A DNA stretch of 64,000 nucleotides from Sphaerodactylus townsendi (Eukaryota). The position numbers and the translations under genes are program-made. This document shows positions 11,794 to 23,708 of the stretch, piece by piece; the stretch's first letter is position 1; each line of letters opens with the position of its first letter. The notes beneath the pieces are model-generated. The model was not told where the DNA came from and made no database searches. It worked only from the letters and a program-made list of their open reading frames with translations. The stretch is taken from assembly GCF_021028975.2 (NCBI RefSeq), contig NC_059427.1, positions 10,726,001-10,790,000 of the forward strand. Reading direction: 5' to 3'.

Positions 11794-12687
11794 GTAGTTG
11801 CTTTTGTGTCATGGTGGCCTTGAGTGTCGCGTATCGTTCGGTAATAATAATAATAGTAATGCATTTTTCACTTTATTTGGGACAGGGGTCCTCAGCGTGA
11901 CCAGGGCTTCATGGTGCCCACAAGTGTTTTTGGAGAGTGGGTGGGACCAAATAGGATTTTTGTCAATCATGGCTTCTGACTGACCACTAGAGGTTAGATT
12001 GGCTTTAAGATTTTTTAAAATGTTGCTTAGGCTTCACCAGGATCTGTTCTGTGCTACTGAAGGTAAGCTGCAGCAGTCATATTGTGACTGTCTTAGCTTC
12101 TTGTAATCATTTTATGACTGTGCCCACCACACTGTGCCAGAATTGCAATGCCAGGGACTCCAATTTAGGAAATGAGTTCTGTGCTTTCTATCTGAGGGGC
12201 TCTACAAATAAAAATATCCACAAAGAGGGTATATCATTTGTGCAGGCTGGGAAGATAAAGGGCCTTGGAGCAAGTCAAGGAGACTGGCTGCAACTGTGGT
12301 GTTGCAAGCTAATTGCTGCAGGGGCCACTCAGTTTAGACCCAGCCAAAAGTAGGTGTCAACTCACACACTGCTTCTCCCAAGAGGAGGCTGTGAGACAAC
12401 ATCCATCATTGGCACAGCTGGCAAAGTCTGGATGGCTCCTAAGCACTGGCAGAGCTACTGGGACTTGGCTCTGCTTGCTCCTGGATGCCAGTGGCCCTTC
12501 AGTTCAGTGGGCTACCAGAAACTTTCCCTATAAGTGAAATGGCCAGGCTGCCCCAAATACAGCTTTTATTTTTTAAAAATCAATTTCCTTCTTTCCTTTT
12601 TAAGAATCCATAACATGGGTTTTAAAGAAATTGATAAAAATGAATAATGCCTTTACAAAGCACAAAATGACCAAGAGATATACTTCT

Positions 12688-12911
12688 TGGGGTGCTGTGT
12701 GGTTTCCGGGCTGTATGGCCATATTCTAGCAGCATTCTCTCCTGATGTTTCGCCTGCATCTGTGGCTGGCATCTTCAGAGGACCCAGCCACAGATGCCAG
12801 CCACAGATGCAGGCGAAACGTCAGGAGAGAATGTTGCTAGAACACGGCCATACAGCCCGGAAACCACACAGCACCCCAGTGATTCTGGCTGTGAAAGCCT
12901 TCGACAATACA
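12688..12911. mobile_element. Penelope pLTR-derived inverted-repeat remnant in the intron of the Harbinger-derived gene
   Basis: Both arms match the pLTR of the element at 18591-19301. Confidence 0.75.
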
Positions 12912-13196
12912 TTGAACATCTCTATGGGGAGAAATTGTTCCAAGACACACGGAGACTGGAAAAACTACAGCTCAGATATACTTCTTATTTTACTCCCCTT
13001 ATACAGTGCTTTCTCCCCCAAGGCGGCTTCCTGGTATGTTGTTTTCTCCTTCATTTTATCCTCACAACAACCCTATATCTAGTCCCCTTGTGGGGGTTAA
13101 ATATGGCCAAAATGTGAAAAGAATGAAGATGACGTTGTTAGGAAAATGAGGGGATATATGGGAATGTCTTAATTTCTCGATCTTTCCATTCTGAAG

Positions 13197-13898
13197 GTTA
13201 TGGAGGGCTTTGCAGAAATGGGGTTTCCCAACTGTGTGGGCGTCGTGGACACAACCCACATCCCCCTCATCTGCACATTTCGAAAGGGCACCAGCGTCAG
13301 CCAGAAAGGGTTTTTCCCCATGTCGATGCAAGGGACTGTGGACCACAGGGGCCGTTTCATTGACATTGAACTCAGCTGGTGTGGCAAAGATAAGGACGCC
13401 TCCTTCTTCCAAACCTTGGGTCTCTGTGAGGCAATGGACCAAGGATCGTTCGTCCCCGGGAACCCTACGATGACCCTCAGTGATGTGGAGATTCCCCCGC
13501 TGATCTTGGGTGATGAGTCCTACCCTCTGAAGAAGTGGCTCATGACACCCTTCACTGGCAACCTCGACCCACGTAAGGAACGATTCAACTCCCACCTGAG
13601 CGACTGCAGGAAGATGGCCGGACACGCTTTCGGGCTGCTGAAAGGGCGGTGGCGATGCCTGGCTACCCGATTGGAGGTCGCGGAGGAGAACGTCATCCCC
13701 GTTGTGGTGGGCTCTGTTGTGCTTCACAACATATGTGAGAGTCGTGGGCATGCCTTGCTCGATGGGCCGTGGGTCCAGGACGGAGCGTGGGACCAAACTC
13801 CAGAGGGACACTTGAAATTCCCTACATCCACAGAGGACACAAGGAATGGGAACCAAGTGCGGGAGGTCCTGGCCAGCTACTTCATGAGCAATTTCTGA
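13197..13898 (+). CDS. Harbinger transposase-derived protein, exon 2 (DDE_Tnp_4-type nuclease domain)
   Basis: Acceptor TTCTGAAG|GTT in frame with exon 1. Motifs GFPNCVGVVDTTH, QGTVDHRGRFID, ILGDESYPLKKWLMTPF, FGLLKGRWRCL and VLHNIC; stop at 13898. Confidence 0.9.
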   Translation, partial: VMEGFAEMGFPNCVGVVDTTHIPLICTFRKGTSVSQKGFFPMSMQGTVDHRGRFIDIELSWCGKDKDASFFQTLGLCEAMDQGSFVPGNPTMTLSDVEIPPLILGDESYPLKKWLMTPFTGNLDPRKERFNSHLSDCRKMAGHAFGLLKGRWRCLATRLEVAEENVIPVVVGSVVLHNICESRGHALLDGPWVQDGAWDQTPEGHLKFPTSTEDTRNGNQVREVLASYFMSNF

Positions 13899-14513
13899 TT
13901 TTGATAGGCCTTGATTGAAGCAAGGCCATTGTTTTAAATTTGTACTTCGGGTGAATTCAGACCCACTATTTACTCTTGTAAGGAAAGAGAAGACAGAGGA
14001 AGGTTGCGAGCTATGGTATGAAGCTAATTTTACCATTCTGAAACTCATTATATCTAAATGTGTCATCTTTTTATTTTGCCATTCTGGGTGGCTTGTGATC
14101 CTCCCCTGATTTCTTTGTGGTTGTCATGGTGATTCATACCTCAGGGCCTAGCTTCCAGGCAAGGGGCTTTTAAAGGGGCAGGATACAGCCTGGCTAGTTC
14201 CCCCTACCCCCAGTTGTCAACTCTAGCACTCATTGGATTCCTCTGTCTTTACAAAAGAGTGGCTGTTTGACAGAAGCTAAAGACAGGCGTTGAGGAGGAA
14301 AGCGCTTGCCAACCAGATATTTCCTAATTTTAAAAAATAAACCATTTGGAAACCATTCGACTCCATTGAACTTTTTTTTTTAAATTGAAATCAGCTTGGA
14401 TGTAATTTGTGTTGGTGTTAAGGCTTCCAACCTCCAGGTGGGACCCAGAGATCTCCCAGAATTACAGCTGATCTCCAGATGACAGATATTTAGTTCCCCT
14501 GGACAAAATGAGG

Positions 14514-14998
14514 AAAGGAGATGGCTGAGGGGGGATATGATTGAAGTCTATAAAATTATGCATGGGGTAGAAAATGTTGACAGAGAGAACTTTTTCTCTC
14601 TTTCTCACAACACTAGAACCAGGGGGCATTCATTGAAAATGCTGGGGGGAAGAATTAGGACTAATAAAAGGAAACACTTCTTCACGCAACGTGTGATTGG
14701 TGTTTGGAATATGCTGCCACAGGAGGTGGTGATGGCCACTAACCTGGATAGCTTTAAAAGGGGCTTGGGCAGATTTATGGAGGAGAAGTCGATTTATGGC
14801 TACCAATCTTGATCCTCTTTGATCTGAGATTGCAAATGCCTTAACAGACCAGGTGCTCAGGAGCAGCAGCAGCAGGAGGCCATTGCTTTCACATCCTGCA
14901 CGTGAGCTCCCAAAGACACCTGGTGGGCCACTGCGAGTAGCAGAGAGCTGGACTAGATGGACTCTGGTCTGATCCAGCTGGCTTGTTCTTATGTTCTT
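14514..14998 (+). mobile_element. CR1 LINE 3' end
   Basis: Encodes LRGDMIEVYKIMHG...TRGHSLK...RKHFFTQRVIGVWNMLPQEVV, the CR1 ORF2 C-terminus, plus 3'UTR. Confidence 0.9.
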
Positions 14999-15573
14999 AA
15001 AATGGCTGGTTTTGGAGGCTAGACTCTATGGTATTATACCATGCTGAGGTCTCCTTCCTCCCCAGCTTCCACGTTTTCTCCCAATACACCTCTGGACTGA
15101 CAGGGGCTCAAATGTTTACAGATGATTTCTGTCAATGCACGTGTGTGTGTGTGTGTTTTGTGCCATCAAGACAGCTGACTTGTGGCAAACCTTCAGGGTT
15201 TTTTAGGTAAGAGACGTTCGGAGGCGGCTTGCCATTGCCTGCCTCCCTGTTACAACCCGGGTACTCTTTGGAGTACTTACCAGGGCCCACCCTTCTGAGT
15301 TTCTGAGACCTGATAGCCTACATTTATCCAGGCCAGGTCTATATCTATAGAGAGAGAAGTGGGGGGAGTTGTAAAAACTAAAAATTCAACGTAGGGAAAT
15401 GGATTTACTGTTCATGTGCTTTTCCAGACAGGGTATCCAATCCCACATCTCAGGTTGGGGAATCTGATGTCTGGAAAGGGAGGAGTATTACACATACAGA
15501 GTGGATGATATAATCTCTTCTGAGGGCAAGGATGTCCCCCTACCCTAAAAGCTCCAAAATGCTGGGATCTAGG

Positions 15574-16013
15574 CAGTGGTGGGATCCAAAAAGTTTAGTA
15601 ACAGGTTCTCATGGTGGTGGGATTCAAACTGTGGTGTGTAATGGTGCGCCACACGATGGGAGGCTGGGCGGGGCATTCGTAATGGAGGCAGCGATGGCCA
15701 GGCATTCCAGTGAGGGCATTCCAGTGAGGGCTGTGCGCAAGGATGCAGCCATTGCATTGCACGGGTCCTTAGGCTGAGGAAGCAGATATGCACGCAGGCA
15801 CAGGCTGCTCACATGCACGCCAGTGCATCTCCTGCCTAGACTGCTTCAGAGTTCCTGCTGCTAGCTACTGGCTTGCTGGAGAGAGAGGTATAGAACTAAA
15901 GCAGGCAAAAATCACATGGCAAAATCACCAATTAGTAACCCCCTCTTGGCACACACAAATAATTAGTAACCTACTCTTGGGAACCTGTGAGAACCTGCTG
16001 GATCCCACCTCTG
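15574..16013. mobile_element. hAT MITE (TIR CAG[T/A]GGTGGGAT)
   Basis: TIRs with a perfect 8-bp TSD, gatctagg. Confidence 0.9.
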
Positions 16014-16991
16014 GATCTAGGAGAACTCCAGGAACTGCAGGAAAAAGAGAGTCTGAAGTCAACCCCCAACACTGCTGGATCCCACACTGGAAGGGAGAAA
16101 ATAAATGGGGACCGGAGGCTGCGAAATGCACGTAGTACTCATCCAAAGGGGTGGGGGTGGGGACAGTTGATTGTTTTCTGAAAGAAAAGCGAACTATTGA
16201 TTGTTTTCTGAAAGTTATCAATTCCTTCAGGTAGCACTTTCAGAGGTAAATGACAGAGACTCAGTTTCTCCATAGAACAAAATACATTGGCCGATTACCC
16301 ATGGCTGGCTCTGCCCTGCCCTTGCCCTGCTCTGGGCAAAAGTCACTCCAGAAGTGCTCTCACTTTCCACAGGGAAAGCGAGAAGCACAGGCGGGGCAAG
16401 AGGAAGCACGCTGGGACAAGAAATCTTCCCTCGATATGCTTGGAGTGCTGCAGGGAGGAAGTCTGTCTGGACAAGACTTTTTTGCCCTTTCATGTTTCTG
16501 TTCCCAGCATGCACTGGGGAGGAAGTGTGTCTGAACAAGATTTCTTGCCCTGACACACTCCACATGCCAGTGTGTGGCAGCCGCCCCATGGGTAATTGGC
16601 CATTGTGTTCAATATGGTTGGGTCTGAAACAGACCAAACTTACAGGCTACAGGTCCAAATATAACATGGTTCAATCCTGAGGGGTGTCTGGAAATATTGC
16701 TAGGCCCCCCGAATCTCTGAATTCTGGATACTGGGACCGGGCAACCCTAAACATTGTGAAAAGCTTCTATGGTTTCTCCAGAACACAGTAAAAAAAACCC
16801 TACTGATTAATGGCAGATCTTGTCAAACATGGTAGCTTCAAGGTAATATTTCCCTAACTGACTTATCTTCTCAGGAACCCAACTACATCCACCAAGGTGC
16901 CATATGCTCCCATGAACATTGTGTGTTGGTTTTTCTGTTGCGGATCCCCTTATTGGCTGTTAGAACTGAAAGAATCTTTAAAACACACTTA

Positions 16992-17132
16992 GGCCCCTTC
17001 CGCACACGCAAAATAATGCGTTTTCAAACCACTTTCACAACTGTTTGCAAGTGGATTTTGCTATTCCGCACAGCTTCAAAGAGCACTGAAAGCAGTTTGA
17101 AAGTGCATTAATCTGCATGTGCGGAATGAGCC
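16992..17132. mobile_element. PIF/Harbinger-type MITE
   Basis: TIRs GGCCCCTTCCGCACA / TGTGCGGAATGAGCC with a 3-bp TSD, TTA. Copies at about 29085-29226 and at 36612-36752. Confidence 0.8.
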
Positions 17133-17605
17133 TTAATTACTTCCCTAGGCTGCAGTTTCCATGGGACAATCTGTCACATCAGGCAATTTGTTTTCCAAGG
17201 AAGTCTGTTCCACGTTAGTATTATTCACGCCAAAGAACCTCTGCCTTCCATCAAAACATTTTTTGAAGAGAGACCAGTTTCTCAACTTACTCCATTTCTA
17301 AGAACCCCTTTGTGAAATCAATTCATATGACTTTCACTCTCCAATAATATATGAAATTCAGCCAAAAACCTGCAGGATTTTTTGTTGTGGAGGGTTTTTT
17401 TGGTAACTTGCTGGTTTGAGGTCAGACTTAGGGTTTTTGTAGTACATCCAGGCCCAGGGAAAACTATACTGCCTGCAAAGTTATTTCTAGAATGATTTTT
17501 AAGTGGGAGATGCCAGATCTCAACCGTGAAGATGAACAGTCGGTGTGCAGCGAGTCCTAAATTCAATCTAATTCTGTACTTCTAAAAGGGCTTCTGGTAA
17601 GCAAG

Positions 17606-18130
17606 TGTAACCCCCCGTGCTCAGATTGGGTTGACCCAGTAAGGGGTGGAGACTCAAAGCAGCAAGAGGCTGCAGAGCTCATGTATTTGGAGGGGACAAG
17701 GCTACCAGACTCAGACCTTGATTTCTATAAGCCCTTAACACCTTGTTAATGTAACTGCAATATTGTTGGGAACTACTGGGAAGGTAGTTGTTTGTTTTTG
17801 CTATGTTGTAAATGTTGGAGTTTATTGTTTCAGGGTTTTTTGTGGTTGTAATGGGTGAGAGTTCTCCTGGAAACCTTCATCATGTTGAATCCTGTTCATC
17901 GAGCCCTTGGAGTCTTCAGGAGCCAACCCTCTTGCAAAGAAGAATTGGACTTGGCAGTATCAGTAGACTGTAAATATAAGGACTTGAAAATGCAACCTGA
18001 ACAGGACCTTGAAGTGCAATGTTAAATGTTGATGTTATCTGTTAAGAAAGTAAACCATTTTGTTTTTAAAATTTGTTGTTGCAAACTCATTCCAAGCTCT
18101 GCCCCACAGAACCCACAGATAGAGGTTACA
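17606..18130 (+). mobile_element. Solo LTR (Gypsy or ERV type)
   Basis: TGTAACC...GGTTACA termini, 4-bp TSD caag, AGTAAA polyA-like signal near the 3' end. Confidence 0.8.
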
Positions 18131-18590
18131 CAAGCCCAGGAAAGGACCCTTCCCTGAAACTGTAAAGAGCTGCTGCCAGTCACATGTGCTGATATCAGTT
18201 TATTTATTTCATTTATACCTCACCTTTCTCCCCAAGGGGAATTAAAAAGAGAATAGTCAGCATTCTGTTTCCAACAGTGGCCACTCAAACACTACAGAGA
18301 AGGCCCGAGGCCTAGGCAGTTCTGCTCCCCAGCCATTAACGACCAGAGGCAATCTTGCCTCTGACCTGATTTGGGTGAAATGGTTAGCTGCTGTCTATCA
18401 TTAATTTATCTGTCCTGGAAGAAATTTAAAGCTAGGACACCACCATGTTTCCCCATCGAGCCTATGATCAGGACAAAAGATATTACTTCCATGATGTTTC
18501 ATAATTTTATTGTGTTTTGTTTTGTAGGCCTCCTTGGGCAGGTTGCCTGGAGAGGCAGCGTAAATTTTTTTCCAAATAAATAAGCTTCCC

Positions 18591-19301
18591 TGGGGTGCTG
18601 TGTGGTTTCCGGGCTGTATGGCCGTGTTCTAGCAGCATTCTCTCCTGACCTTTCGCCTGCATCTGTGGCTGGCATCTTCAGAGGATCTGATAGTAGGAAT
18701 GGAAAGCAAGTGGAGTATATATACTGTGAGGTCAAAAGGTGAGGCCCTCTGAATAGAGTAGCCTGGTATGTGAGTCACAAAGAAGTCTGTAGCCTGGGAG
18801 TAACCATGAAGATAGCAAGGTCAATAGGTGAATGCATCTGAATAGAAGTATCCTGGTCTTTGTTTCCTTTGATGGCTATTGTCTATAGTTGTCCTGTGTT
18901 TGTGTGGAGCTGATTAGTCACTGTCTTGATTCTAGAGTTTTTCAACACTGGCAGCCAAATTCTGTTCATTTTCATGGTTTCTTCCTTCCTGTTGAAGTTG
19001 TCCATGTGCTTGTGGATTTCAATGGCTTCTCTGTGTAGTCTGACGTAGTGGTTGTCAGAGTGGTCCAGAATTTCTGTGTTTTCAAATAATATTCTGTGTC
19101 CAGGTTGGTTTATCAAGTGTTCTTTTGACCTCACAGTATATATACTTCACTTGCTTTCCATTCCTAATATCAGATCCTCTGAAGATGCCAGCCACAGATG
19201 CAGGCGAAACGTCAGGAGAAAATGTTGATAGAACACGGCCATACAGCCCGGAAACCACACAGCACCCCAGTGATTCCGGCCGTGAAAGCCTTTGACAATA
19301 C
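18591..19301 (-). mobile_element. Penelope-like element 3' fragment with inverted pLTR
   Basis: ORF 18883-19134 (EHLINQPGHRILFENTEILD...RLHREAIEIHKH...NFNR) matches a GIY-YIG endonuclease C-terminus. Inverted arms at about 18591-18737 and 19122-19269. Confidence 0.85.
19175..19217 (+). ncRNA. Minimal type I hammerhead ribozyme motif in the Penelope pLTR
   Basis: TCCT-CTGAAGA-T-GCC(loop)GGC-GAAAC-GTC-AGGA: conserved core, helix I, helix II and a GUC cleavage triplet. Confidence 0.7.
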
Positions 19302-20235
19302 AAATAAGCTTCCCCATTGTATACTCACAACAACATAGTATTCAGATATACTGCCTCAACAAATGAAGGTTCTTTTTAGTCCTTTTTAAAAACCAACTAA
19401 GCTAGGTTCAGAAAACGTAATATGGACCACAAACACACACCTCAACTGGATTTTAATCAAACATGACTGAAGTGATAAAGAAAACCGAACACATAAATCC
19501 CAACAATCAACAATCAATGCAAGGTATCCTTTTGAATTTAGATGTACAGTCTGATAACAAAAGTAGAGTTCCTTTTTAAATTACTAGGCCGTTTTTTAGA
19601 AAGAAAAGACAACTCAACTGCTGCTGGTTCACATTTACCCAGAAAGAAGGATCCTGGTGAAGATACCTCATTTTCAGCACCCCGAGGGTAAGCTTAGAAA
19701 TCTCTTCAAAGACTGCTCCTCCCAGCCCCAGTTAAACATCCAGCTCAATTCAACACCAAAACGAACACTTCAGATTTCTTCCACTGAAATGAACAAGAGT
19801 TCAAAAGGTGTTGGAACTTCCCCCTCTGAAGCCAAAGGAACTTAAGGAGTTTTGAATTATATATATATATATTTACCAATCTCCAAAATGTTATGTGAGA
19901 GTGGAGAGGAGGGAACAATGTCCCATTCTATCAGCAATTTGCCCAAAACTTCATGCGCTGTCCTTCATAGGAGCGGCCAGAAAACACAGTCACAAGCAAA
20001 ACATAGATTCCTGCTCCAAGGATCTTACACACCCAATTCAGAAGGCAAGGAGAAGAAGACAGGAAAAGTAAATAACTTAATCTGAACAGCTCAACCTGGA
20101 ATATATGGTCCTCCCTTCTTTCATTTTATCCTCACACTAATGTTTGAGAGAGACTGGCCAAGGTCACCCAGAGAGCTTCATGGTTAACCACTACCACACA
20201 CTGGCTCCTGGTGACAAGAGATGAACATTAGCAAG

Positions 20236-20718
20236 CAGAGGTGGGGCTACCAGGGGACGGGGGGGGGGGGGGTCCGCCACGCACTGGGCGCATGGTTTTG
20301 GGTCATGTGGTGGGTGCAAAATTCCACCCAACCCCTTCCCCAGGCCCCTCCGCCTTCCCCCCCGCAGTGCCCCCCACCCCCCTTTCCCACACTTACCTTA
20401 GTTCCTTTCCTTTTCCTAGAACTTTTTCAGGCTGAAAAAAGGGCCTGTTCACAGTTCAGGCTACAAACAGCCTGAGGAACTACAGTACCCAGGAGACCTT
20501 GGGGCTCACAAGGTCTCCTGGGAAGTATAGTTCCCATCAGGCCGTTTTTAAGCCTGAACTATGAATAGGACTTTTTTCAACCTGAAAAAGTTCTAGGAAA
20601 AGGAAAGGAACTAAGGTAAGTCTGGGAAGGGGGGGCGCCACGGGGGGGGTGCCATGAGGGCGGGGAGCAGAAAATATAGACTGTGCACCTGGTGCAGTTT
20701 GGCCCAGCTACACCTCTG
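20236..20718. mobile_element. hAT MITE with a long internal hairpin, in the gene B 3'UTR region
   Basis: CAGAGG...CCTCTG termini, perfect 8-bp TSD ttagcaag, internal inverted repeat at about 20390-20625. Confidence 0.85.
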
Positions 20719-20765
20719 TTAGCAAGAGCAGTTCTGTTTTTTCCTGAGAACACCAAGTACCAAAT

Positions 20766-22576
20766 CTAACCCTTCTCGCAATCAGGACATTTGTACGGTT
20801 TCTGCCCTGTGTGGTCGCTCGTGGGAGCTAGGAGATTGGGTCTTCTCACAAAGTTCCGCCCACAGTCTGAGCACTGATATGGCTGAACACCTGTGTGGAC
20901 ACTTTGGTGGGTGAGGAGGTGTGAGCTATTCCGAAAACTTTTCTCGCAGACAGAGCACTTGAACGGCTTTTCCTCTCCACAGTTTCTTGCCCGTACCACC
21001 AGATCCGAGCTCAGATAGCTGCTTCTCAAGCACTCAGAACATTTTGAGCCCTTCTCTCTGGTCCGGTCAATCTGGTCCAACCGCTGCCAGAAGATTCTCC
21101 CACACTCAGAGCATGTACAAGGTTCCTCTTCTGCGTGGATTTTCTGATGTCGAAGGAGAACAGAATTGGAGGTGAAGCTTTTTCCACAGTTGGAACAGTT
21201 GTAAGGTTTCTGCCCAGTGTGGATTCTCACATGCATAAGAAGATTGGACCTCCGGTCAAAGGCTCTCCCACAATCTGAACATCTATAGGGCTTTTCTCCT
21301 GTGTGGATTCTCTCATGCAACACCAGGTGAGAGCTCCAGCGGAAGGTTTTATCACAGTAGGAACACTTATATGGTTTCTCTCCTGTATGTGTCCTCTCAT
21401 GTGATTTAAGATTTGGGACATTTCTGAAGTTTTTCCCACAGACTAAACATTTGTATGGTTTTTCTCCTGTATGGATTCTCTCATGAATAATCAAACTCTG
21501 CCTCTGGCTAAAACTTTTCCCGCACTGGGAACATTTATGCTGCTTCTCTCCTGTATGTACTTTCTGATGTGCGATCCGTTGCAAACTGTTCCGGAAGGTC
21601 TTGCCACAGACAGAACATTCAAAAGGCTTCTCTTTGTGGGTCCGTACATGTGCAACTAGTTCCGCACTGACACTGAAAGTCTTCCCGCAGGCAAAGCATG
21701 CAAACACCTCCTTTGCCGCATGTGTTCGCTCATGCTCGATGAGGTCCGACTTTTGACTGAAGCTTTTCCCACAGTACGAGCATAATGCTGTGTGGATTCT
21801 CTCATGCGACATAAAGTGAGAGCTCCAACTGAAGCATTTCCCACAGTGCGAGCATTTGTATGGTTTCTCCCCTGTGTGGATTCTCTGGTGGACTTTGAGA
21901 CCTGAGATGTTTGTGAAGTTTTTCCCACACACAGCGCATTTGTATGGTTTTTCACCTGTGTGAGTCCTCTGATGTTTAAGGAGGTCTGATCTCTGACTGC
22001 AGCTTTTCCCACATTCTAGGCATGTGTAAGGCTTTTCACCAGCATGGATTCTCTCTTGCGAGTTCCACCCAAAGGTATTCCCACAGTGTGAGCATTTATG
22101 AGGCTTCTGCCCTGTGTGGGTTCTCTCACTTTCTCCACAGTGGGCACATTTATACAGCTTCTCCCCCACGTGGGTTCTCTCGTGGGACACAAGATCGGAG
22201 CTGCTACCAAAACTCTGGCCACAGTGCCAGCACTTGTATGGTTTCTCTCCCGTGTCGCTGCTTTCACCTGTAAGTCGGTACAAGTTCTGAGTCAAGCTTT
22301 CCTCGCACGTTTCATCTTTCACTTTATTTCCCCACTGCTGGACTGTAACTTCATCAAGACTTCTGAAAGTGCAGTCAGAAGGGACAGACTCAGCCACTTC
22401 ATTATTGTTGTCACTTCTGTTCTGTCTGTTTGCCCTGCACTGGTTCTCATCACTTTCTCCACCACATGGGGTATCGTTCTCTTGGGCCGTTTCCAACGAC
22501 ATCATCTGTGGTCCCTCTTGCTCAGGGCTTTCCACGAAAGGCTTCTGCTCATCATTTTCACTTGGCCACCCGTCAC
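20766..22576 (-). CDS. SCAN-ZNF gene B, zinc-finger exon (13 intact fingers and several degenerate)
   Basis: Phase-1 acceptor TTCAACAG|GT in frame with the 589-aa ORF; tandem C2H2 array. Confidence 0.92.
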
Positions 22577-23581
22577 CTGTTGAAGGAAAAGGAAGAATCC
22601 AGAAGCAAATCTAGATGATGTTATCCGAGATTAGTGAACTAAAATAAGATTAGCATGCAGGTAAAAAAAGAAAAGCTCAGTCACAGATCATCAACTGACC
22701 AGTTACTGGACTGCCTATTGTTTGACACAGGTGAAACATTGGGCAGCATTCTAAATTTGACCTGTGGGTGGCAGTGTCCCTTTTTGGTATAATTCTGTCT
22801 TCATTTCCTAGCAAGGGCAGGAAAAGGTCCCTCAGCCTTGCAAGTGTCAGGAGCATCCTGAAAGCAGAGCAAAGATTCCCCAGCTGGCACCTTGCTACGC
22901 TGGCAGCCACCTCCAAACAGGAAGAAGAAGAGTTGGTTTTTATACCTTGCTTTTCTCCACCTTTTAAGGAGTCTCAAAGCCGATTACAATCACCTTCCCT
23001 TTCTCTCTCCACAACAGACCACCTTGTGAGGTAAGTGGGGCTGAAAGAGTTCTGAGAAAACTGTGACTAGGTGACCCAGCAGTCTTCATATGGAGGAGTG
23101 GGGTATCCAACTTGGTTCTCCAGATTAGAATCTGCTGCTCTTAACCACTACACTGTGCTACTTCTCTTGGCCTACTGCCAACGCTGAACAACTTTCTAAC
23201 GATCGTAGAAAGAATAATAGCCTCTTGGGTTTTTTTCACCTCCCTCACTGCCGGAGAGACACTTATTATTAAGCTCTGGAAACTTTACACCTCAAGAACC
23301 AACTATGCTGTGTTAGGACTTCAGTAAGTAGTTCAGAATGTTAGTGTTGTTATTTTTCTATGCATCTCTGAACTGCATGCCTTGTTTTAATATCTTTTTC
23401 TTAAGTTTTCTCTAACAAACCTGGCCAAACCCAGTTTAGTCTGGTTACGTTACCACACCACATCACAGCTCACTTACTACAGTCCTTGATAGAGGCCACG
23501 TTCAATTCATGTGAGCAACAGAGAAGGAGCCAGAACTACTTCAGAAATTCTGCATGGCAGACCCTACCTGGGAAGTCTTAC

Positions 23582-23708
23582 CTGAAAAATCTGCACTTCC
23601 ATCAACACACTGCTCGGCTTCGGTGAAACGCTGTTTCTTTGCTGCGTCTGGCAATTCCTTGCTTGTCTTGGGTAGATTTACAAACATATCTTCTGACATA
23701 CCCTTAAT
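23582..23708 (-). CDS. SCAN-ZNF gene B, middle exon (127 nt, degenerate KRAB-A-like)
   Basis: Pyrimidine tract with CTTCAG|ATT acceptor and TCAG|GTAAGA donor; open reading, phase 0 to 1. Confidence 0.8.

Noticed and set aside
11227-13898. Assigning the symbol HARBI1, or calling it an active transposon
   Set aside because: Orthology cannot be shown without a tree or synteny. The lost Glu and the absence of recognisable TIRs argue against activity.
13062-14066. 334-aa minus-strand ORF
   Set aside because: Antisense shadow of the GC-rich Harbinger exon 2, with no recognisable motifs.
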